A DNA stretch of 64,000 bases from Tubulanus polymorphus (Eukaryota; Animalia; Nemertea): NCBI RefSeq assembly GCF_964204645.1, contig NC_134026.1, positions 22,540,150 through 22,604,149 on the forward strand. Direction: 5' to 3'. Positions within the stretch are counted from its first letter, which is position 1, and every line of letters begins with the position of its first letter. Under the pieces are notes generated by a model that was not told the DNA's origin, did no database searches, and worked only from the letters and a program-made list of their open reading frames with translations. Below are positions 56,022-64,000 of this stretch, piece after piece. The position numbers and the translations under genes are program-made.

Positions 56022-57287
56022 CTGGGGTCCAGGGACACCATGCCCACTTGGGAAGTGGTTCCAAATGCTCAACAATTTCAATATTCAACGCCCCCTGGTG
56101 ACCATATACAGAATCCAATGACCTTGAAACTCACCACAATCATAGAACATGTCAGCAGCTACGATTTTGTAATTGATTGTGATAACAAAATATACCTCCT
56201 TACCACTTTAATATGGAAATACTAAGTTATTCTACTATTCAACGCCCCCTGGTGACCATATTCAAAACCCAATGACCTTGAAACTCACCACAATCATAGA
56301 ACATGTCACGAACTATAACTTTGTAATTGATCATGGTAACAAAATATGCCTAGGTACCAATATAATAAGGAAATACTAAGTTATTCTACTATTCAACGCC
56401 CCCTGGTGACCATATAGAATAACTAATGGCCTTAAAACTTGCCACAATCATAGATGATGTCATGAGCTACAACTTTGCAATTTATTGTGGTTACAAAATA
56501 TGCATTGTTACGAATATAATATAGAAATATTAAGATATTGCATTATTCAACGCCCCCTGGTGGCCATATATACAAAAACCAATGACCTTCAAACTCACCA
56601 CAATCATAGAACATGTTATGAGCTACAACTTTCTAAATGATTGTGGTAACAAAATACGCTTAGGTATCAATATAATGTGGAAAAACTTTTTCCCACTTAC
56701 GAATGAGTACTGCAGACACCAAGATGGCCGCCAATTGCGTGATAATTGGCTGATGAAAAATACCTGTCTCAGGTTTAAAACATCCCTTTCCAAAGAATAC
56801 CCATCACAAATTGCAATGAGAAATGATAAACCAGTAGGAAGCTACAGGACTCAGAATTTGGGCCAAAATTAACATTTTTGGGCACTAAAAAGGTCATAGG
56901 ACGGCCATCTTGAGTCGGATCGACCCAATTTTTGTTATGCTGATGGGCCCTGGGGGAATTCATATATATCCGAAAGATCAAGGTGATCAAAGCGTCTTCA
57001 AAATTTCCCTCAAAAAGTTCAGATGTGAAAAGCTCAAAAGTGCTGATTTTGGCGAACAACAATGGCTGCCAGTCAGCCATCTTGAATCTGACAGGGCCAG
57101 TTTTTGGGCTGAAGATGTGTCTAGGGTAGATACATGTGTAACCCAAATATCAAGACATTACCTTGAAGCGTCTTCAAAACTTCCCAAAATAACTGGATTC
57201 TGTCTACGGACGGACGAACGGACGGACGGACGACGGACGAAAAGTGAACGCAATAGCCCGCTGGGACTAAAGTCCCAAGTGGGCTAA
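56022..57287 (-). mobile_element. Helentron/HINE-like (DINE-1-like) non-autonomous element with internal 154-bp tandem repeats
   Basis: Read on minus: TT, subTIR GCCCACTTGGGA with adjacent inverted copy, GTCC microsatellite, central tandem array, subTIR TCCCAAGTGGGC, short GC-rich end, TT. Confidence 0.8.
56083..56690. repeat. Four 154-bp tandem repeat units
   Basis: ATTCAACGCCCCCTGGTG(A/G)CCATAT starts at 56083, 56237, 56391 and 56545. Confidence 0.9.
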
Positions 57288-58867
57288 AAACTCATATTAT
57301 AATGTAGATAATTTATTTTTTGTATGAATTATATCACATTTTTGAATACTTTCAGCAGTTCTTACAAAAAACTGCTATTTGATATCAATCTATGACAATC
57401 TAATTATCAGTTAATTAAATATATTACTGATCACCTAATCTACTTGGTATATTAATAGTTATATACTGAAATTATGCACCATGATATGCCTTAGTTCGAT
57501 AGGCAAGAGGATGAGTAGCACCAGGAAATAATGCATGCATAATAAATTAGCAATCTAATGTTGCGTTTAAGGGAGTATATGAGCATACAGTAGTACATTA
57601 AGATCTGTAAGTATATCCACCAAGAAAATAATATTACTAATCTACTAAAGAATAATAATTTTTTTTCATTCACGAAGACATGATTAATTTTCAAATCTCT
57701 TAAACTGACTTCGTTTTTCAGTATTACAACTTGAATTACTAATGATTTAATCTCAAATAAAGCACTCATTAAGTTGTATATTTGACACAAGGAAATGAAG
57801 TGTTGTTTACAACATAAAAATCAACAACATAAAAATATTACACGCGCATGCATTAATAAGTAAAATGAAAAATACATCAAGATAATTCTATCTAGTCACA
57901 TTTGAATATGAAATATATGAATGTATAATAGAAATTTAGCAAATAGTAACACAACATAAATATAGCAATTATAATACATATACATATATCTATAAAGATT
58001 GATAAAATGAAGTTTGATAAAATGTCAACATATTCTCAAAACATATAGCATTATTCATTAATCATTTGTTATACATATCATAAAATAATTTCATAAAAAA
58101 TCATTCACCGTTGCACGAAACTAAAATCAGAAATTCTCATGACAAAATAGAATCTATGAAGTGAACATTGACCATCTGAAAACTCTTAAGGTCAAAAGAA
58201 TATAGTATACCTGACGAATACACTAGGTACATGTATAATCACTTTTCTAAGCTACGCTACGAATGCATTGCATGGATGGTGCACTGGGCTTTCTGTAATA
58301 CAAATTTGTTCAGTAATCAGCACACAGAACACAGGGATATATGGCAATAATACCATAGCATAAAGCATATAACAAGATAAACTAAACATGGGATAAGTTA
58401 ATTATTATGTACTTCATAATATAGCACCGTAATTTCTTGAAATACACACAGACTTTAGTTGCTGACGTAAGACAAAGTTCGGAGTTTGATTCTTTCATAA
58501 ATTACATGAATATGCTGATTTTGTTCACAAATCAAATACGTGATAGATCAATTTGATTAACATACTGGTACCTATAGGTGCAGCAAAATAGCTTCAATGC
58601 ATTCAAAATATGAATATTCAGCACCAATCACATTCCAATATAAAAGCTACTATCTGTTCCAAATTGATTTGAGTAGACTTTTAAACTTATTACGACTCCC
58701 TCTTCTGGTTATCATCTTTGTTCACAATTGCATAGACAGGTTCCTAAAAGTCATGACAAAATATAAATAAACCTCAGTTAGACGAACTACTGAAATCATA
58801 ATGATCATCAAATATATTTCGTCTATTACTGGTATGAATTATCTGTATAAGAATAAGTGAACTGAAT

Positions 58868-61800
58868 TCATTTTTCTACCTGTAAATTAACTGGACTTGC
58901 AAATGGATCGGCAGGAAACTTCACATCAAATGCAGCTATGGCTTCGTTCGTTCCGTTAGCCGATGCAAAGAATGGGTCCATAGCAAACGGATCAGCAGCC
59001 ACAGCCGGTTTCGTTCCTAAGGTTCTCTGTCGTGGAACTGGCGCCGGAGGAGTTAACTTCGGAATTCCACACGTATCTAACTGTTGAGGTCTCGGTGGTG
59101 GTGCAGGTGCGACGTCAGGTAATATAACCTTTTGATCATTGGGAAGAGGTGGGGGTGGAGCCCTTGGCGATGGCATATCAAAATCAGCTTCGGCACAAAA
59201 AGGTACATCTCGAGGTGGTTTGGTAGGATTCGACTGACTAGCAAACAGCATAGTTGTTGGGCTTTGATTTGAATTATCTTTTACATTGTCAGCAGTTGTG
59301 CTATTTAGTGACAAATCTTTCAATGTGACTTTAGGCTGCACTTTGAATTCAGCAAACATCTCTTCTTTCCGCACATACGGCCTATTTCCGCCCAAAGGAT
59401 CCAAATCGCTGAACAAATTCTCCATTGATCCCGATTTCGAGCTCGGTTTTGATGAAGGACGTGAATCTGGTTTCTCAGTTTGTTCTTTTTTCGGAAGTAG
59501 AGGGCTATTACCTGCGAAAGGATTTGGTGTAAGATCCATCGCTGGTGGCACGGGTGAGCCAGTATTTAATGGCTCATCTGGGTGAAACAAAGTGGGATTC
59601 TGTAGAGTAGAAAGGTCTTCAAATACTGAATACTTGTCATACTGGAATGAGCCTTGCTGACTTGAAGAGGCTACCGCCTCTGTCTGTGGAGGAAAAGTGC
59701 CTGGTTGTGGTTGAAAAGCTGGTTGACCGAATAGATCTGTACTCTATAGAATAGAAATAGAATTATTTATAGAAATCATGATTCTTACGCGGTCATTAAT
59801 TCAAGTCATTAACACCCATAGACATTTTTATGGCTGATCATAAATTGCTAACCTGACTAGTTTGGAATGTTTGTGAAGGCTGCTGTGAAGCAGTCGCCCA
59901 GAGGTTTGTCGATGCTCCGAAAGGGTCGATACCGGGTTGAGGTGGACCAGTTGTTACAATTGTGAGAGGGGTTGGTGAGAACGGATCCGATTCAAATGCA
60001 TTCATTTGCTGTATACCCTGCAGGAGATATCATTATCAAGACTACAGAATTCATCAACTACCATTTAAGTTTGCGAGTCACTCATAAACCAGTACCTGTT
60101 GAATCGATTCCAATTCTGTAGCTAAATCTAATAAAGTCCCAACATTTTCCGGATTTTCCTCCGATCGACTTGTAACGAATTCAAGTTTTCTTGGGGCCTA
60201 AATCACGCAAAATAATAATCATGAATTGACAAGTGAAGTGAAATAATGATGCAGAATTTTGATAGTATCATTTTATTCACAAATATTTCATAACAGGCAA
60301 TATTTACCTCATAATCAGATTCATCTTTTTTCTCACTTGGTTGTTGATTTTCTTTATCAGCAGATTTCTGATTTTCCTTAAGAGGTTCATCTTTGTCTTT
60401 ATCAGCTTGTGCTTTTTTCGCATCCATTTCTTTCTTCTTCAGTTCAAACACCACTTGGAAGAGATCACGAAGTGTCAGAACAAGATGTTCTGACTGAAAA
60501 ACCAAAAATGTCAGCATAATATTGATTGGAAGACCCAACAATTCGAATTCTACAGATCACAACAATTCAGATACACGTAATCGGGTGGGTTAAATTTGAT
60601 TTAACAACACGAGGTCCAGGGACACCATGCCCGTAGGGTGAAATGCCTTACAATCTGAAAATTCAAATATTCAAAATGCTCCCTTATGAACATATACATA
60701 AACTAATGGGCATATCCAGGATTTTGAGAAAGGTAAATGGACCAACTAAAAACTGAGTGATGGTGAGATAGCAAAGCACCTAACAGAGGGTTGACGGCCG
60801 TTCTTAGAGTCATGTAGTGTATGATTGGACCCATTTTTCTTATGATGATAGGCTCTATGGGGATACATACACATATGAAATATCAAGAAAATTGATCAAA
60901 CCGTCTTCAAAACTTCCCATGAAAACTTCAAAAATGTGTAAAAAGTGTTGATTTTAGTAAACATAATGGCCACCATACAGCCATCTTAAATCAGATCAGG
61001 CCAGCTTTTTTGGCTGTTTAGGGTAGACACATATATAAAACAAATATCACGACAATTCATTGATGAATCTTTAAAACTTCCCAAAATAACTGAATTCCAT
61101 CTACAGAGGGACAGACGAATCACTGCAGTGAATGCAATAGCCCGCTGGGACTATGATCTAGGTAGACAACAAATTTGAACTTCAAAACCAATTGAATTCC
61201 CTCATATAATGTATAATAGATATAATTGTAAATATATAATTCTAAATTTCTCTTACCGCTTTTTCCGATTTGATACCAAAAAACACGTGTGTTCCATCTT
61301 TATTGCCAAAAACATATCCAAAGGCTCTTGCATCAGTGACATCTCGTGAAATGAATGATATCCGATGAACAGGATGTTGGTGTTCCACTTTCTGTAAGAA
61401 ATACTTATTCATTCAATATCAACTCTTCACACCATCAATCTGACACGAATAGAGAACTAAAATAAGGCTACAAAAATTTATTTCACAATGCACGTGAATG
61501 CCCAACAACTTTTGGAACCCGACTATGGATTTCAATTCTAAAAGCAAACAGTTCAAACAAAACAATTCTCTGGTGGTCATCTAGATCTGGATTTAGAGAC
61601 TTTTAACCTAAACCGAGGATTAATAAGTCATTATTCTAAAATTATTCTGAAACTTACCCCTAGCTTTTCGTCGATGATTTTCATACCGTCGAGAGTGATT
61701 TGAATGGTAACTTTTTGTTTATGAACTCCTGCCGCTTTCACATCAAGTTTCACCCTCTGCATGGCCTCCTGACACATTCGATCACCGCGCGCGTTCTCCA

Positions 61801-62262
61801 CTGGTGTGGTGCCAATCATTTTCCCCTTGAATACGACTCCATCTCCGCGAAATCGAGCTGGATCTAGCATATCATCTGGAAGATAATTACCAAACTAACT
61901 TTCATCCATAAATTAGTAATATCAATTATATTAATCAAAGATATAGAATAACAACTAAAGTCAAGTACTAATTATACTATATAAACATGTGCTGCAAAAT
62001 TTAGGTGTGTATATAGCCAACATGAAGTACATACCAAGCAAGTTAAGTAACACAAGTTAGACAATGTGCTGATTACATATCTTATTACAATGTTGAATTG
62101 GCTAACACAACTTTCAATTTCAATTCCTCTTACAATTCCATTTTATCCAAAACAAATATCTACCAGAAATAAAAGTGCAAGAACCTACAAACATTTACCT
62201 ATAGATTTAGCTTTAGACTTGTCCTTCTTCGATGATTTCGTAGATGCCACATCTTCAGACAT
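58868..62262 (-). CDS. DAB: Disabled (Dab1/Dab2-like) PTB-domain endocytic adaptor, multi-exon
   Basis: RFRGDGVVFKGKMIG...ARGDRMCQEAM...HPVHRISFISRDVTDARAFGYVFG...FFGIKSEKASEHLVLTLRDLFQVVFELKKKE (Dab PTB), DPF/NPF motifs and a Pro-rich tail. Start at 62262 is probable; further 5' exons are possible. Confidence 0.92.
60610..61155 (-). mobile_element. Degenerate HINE-like copy in a Dab intron
   Basis: GGTCCAGGGACACCATGCCC at the left end and CAATAGCCCGCTGGGACTA at the right end. Confidence 0.7.
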
Positions 62263-63410
62263 TGTTTCTTATTTCTTGAGATAAATATACGTCTCTAACC
62301 TTAATAGTAAGAAATAAAGAGAAGAAATCAAATACTGCTGCGAAATATATGTAATTCAACGCTATCCTTAACCTATATGAATATACTCTATAACCACAGA
62401 TTAAACTTTACAACTTTATCAGTTGTAAGGATCCTTATATGTCAAGGGGCTGAACCCATAATTTAGGTCATGTCTCTCCGTTGGTTGTGTTGTGTTGGCC
62501 AGTGACAGTACCAAGTACAATCAACGTCAGTTAGGAATTTTATTGAATAAGTGCATTTCATATCATTGTTCTTATTTGAATAGAAAGATACACATCAGCT
62601 ATGCGCAACCACAATATATGAAGAGGTCGAATTGATATAAAATCGATTAAAAAATAAATACATCAAAGCACTCTGGTGAATCAGAAAATTTGTAATCATC
62701 TACTGAATTAATCTCTAAATTAATTCCTAAAACGAATTCCTAGTTTTTCCCCCAGTTCAGGTTGAAACACAAAGCGAGTTAAAAAATGTTAATGTCAAAT
62801 ATAGCTGCAAAGCAGCGATGACGGGTTTTCTGTAAAGCCATTCAGAATGATGGGAATTGTAGTAAATTGAAATATCGATACATAGAATAAAATGCATTGA
62901 CAGATTCGAACCTAATATGCAACCACTGTGTAAACGTCAAATATGATTCAGCCTTGAAACCGAACATACGTGGACGTACAATCACAAATATTAATATATT
63001 TGACCAGGCACTTATTTTGGCATTCAAACATCATGATACTGTATTATCACCATCCTTAAAAATGGATCTGTCCTATTAAGAACTCATCTTAAGCACCTGC
63101 TGAGCCGATAGATTGAGTGAATTCACAGATAAGAACGTATTATGATTTAGAATAGATTAGATTTAAGAAGTTAATGTTTTTATTGAAATATTTGAATAAA
63201 TACATATATTGTAGTGTAGATTCAATCAATAAATTATGAATTGATTTGGTCTGGGTTTCCGGCTGATGTTGATTTTGGCTTTTATGGATTACAAATTCTA
63301 CAGTGATAAACAATTGATACCTGCAACATGTGTGTAAATCAAACCTATTCCACTAGTTGCGTGTGTTTCCTAATAAACGGGAGAGTCACTCTTGATCTGA
63401 GTTATTAGAA

Positions 63411-63974
63411 CTAGGGGTCCAGGGACACCATGCCCACTTGGGAAGTGGTTCCAAATGCTCAACAATCTAACAATTCAGGTATCAAAGGTATAAAACATCC
63501 CTTTTCAAAGAATACCCATCACAAATTGCAATGAGAAATGGCAAACTCAGAATTCGGGCCAAAATTGACATTTTTGGGCACTAAAAAAGGTCATAGGACG
63601 GCCATCTTGAGTCCGTATCCCAATTTTATGCTGCAAAGTTATGCTGATGGGCCCAGGGGCATTCACATATATCCGAAAGATCAAGGTAATTGATCAAAGC
63701 ATCTTCAAAATTTCCCTCAAAAAGTTCAAAAATGTGTAAAAAGTGTTGATTTTGGCGAACAACAATGGCTGCCAGTCGGCCATCTTGATTCTGACAGGGC
63801 CAGTTTTTGAGCTGAAGATGTGTCTAGGGTAGATACATGTGAAACCCAAATATCAAGACATTACATTGAAGCGTCTTCAAAACTTCCTGAAACAACTGAT
63901 TTCCGTCTACGGACGGACGACGGACGAAAAGTGAACGCAATAGCCCGCTGGGACTAAAGTCCCAAGTGGGCTAA
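63411..63974 (-). mobile_element. HINE-like copy lacking the 154-bp array
   Basis: Both ends nearly identical to 56022-57287 (GGGGTCCAGGGACACCATGCCCACTTGGGAAG...GGACGGACG...CTGGGACTAAAGTCCCAAGTGGGCTAA). Confidence 0.82.
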
Positions 63975-64000
63975 AAATAATGTTCATTTAGTCATAGAAA

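Noticed and set aside
56040-57287. ORFs of 61-125 aa within the repeat, with similar ORFs near 9.9, 40.4 and 41.0 kb
   Set aside because: Chance ORFs in a non-autonomous element; no Rep/helicase, transposase or recombinase motifs.

Overview
AT-rich, gene-dense eukaryotic genomic DNA with short spliceosomal introns, most consistent with a marine invertebrate (lophotrochozoan-like; taxon is inference). Genes assembled by hand from exons, in order: C11orf54 homolog (-, runs off the left edge), short tRNase Z resembling the TM/plant TRZ1 type (+), selenoprotein M (+), RAD23 (-), intron-containing linker histone H1 (-), MAM-LDLa single-pass membrane protein (+), WASHC5/strumpellin (+), a TE-derived patch at 31-36.6 kb, syntaxin-7/12 (+), C19orf44/DUF4614 homolog (-) head-to-head with calreticulin (+), and Disabled/Dab (-). 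The top finding is invisible in the ORF track. The SelM gene has two duplicated 71-nt catalytic exons, each with an in-frame UGA (CDGU vs CGGU). Each has a U2-type acceptor and a U12-type GTATCCTT donor, and both share one U12 branch site and one type-2 SECIS. This implies mutually exclusive selenocysteine active-site exons enforced by major/minor spliceosome incompatibility. Second, the syntaxin gene has two alternative terminal exons encoding different transmembrane anchors (STX12-like and STX7-like). Many non-autonomous elements are also present (Helentron/HINE-like, IS3EU-like, foldback MITEs, Penelope-like hammerhead remnants). Gene names come from remembered protein similarity; no database search was run.
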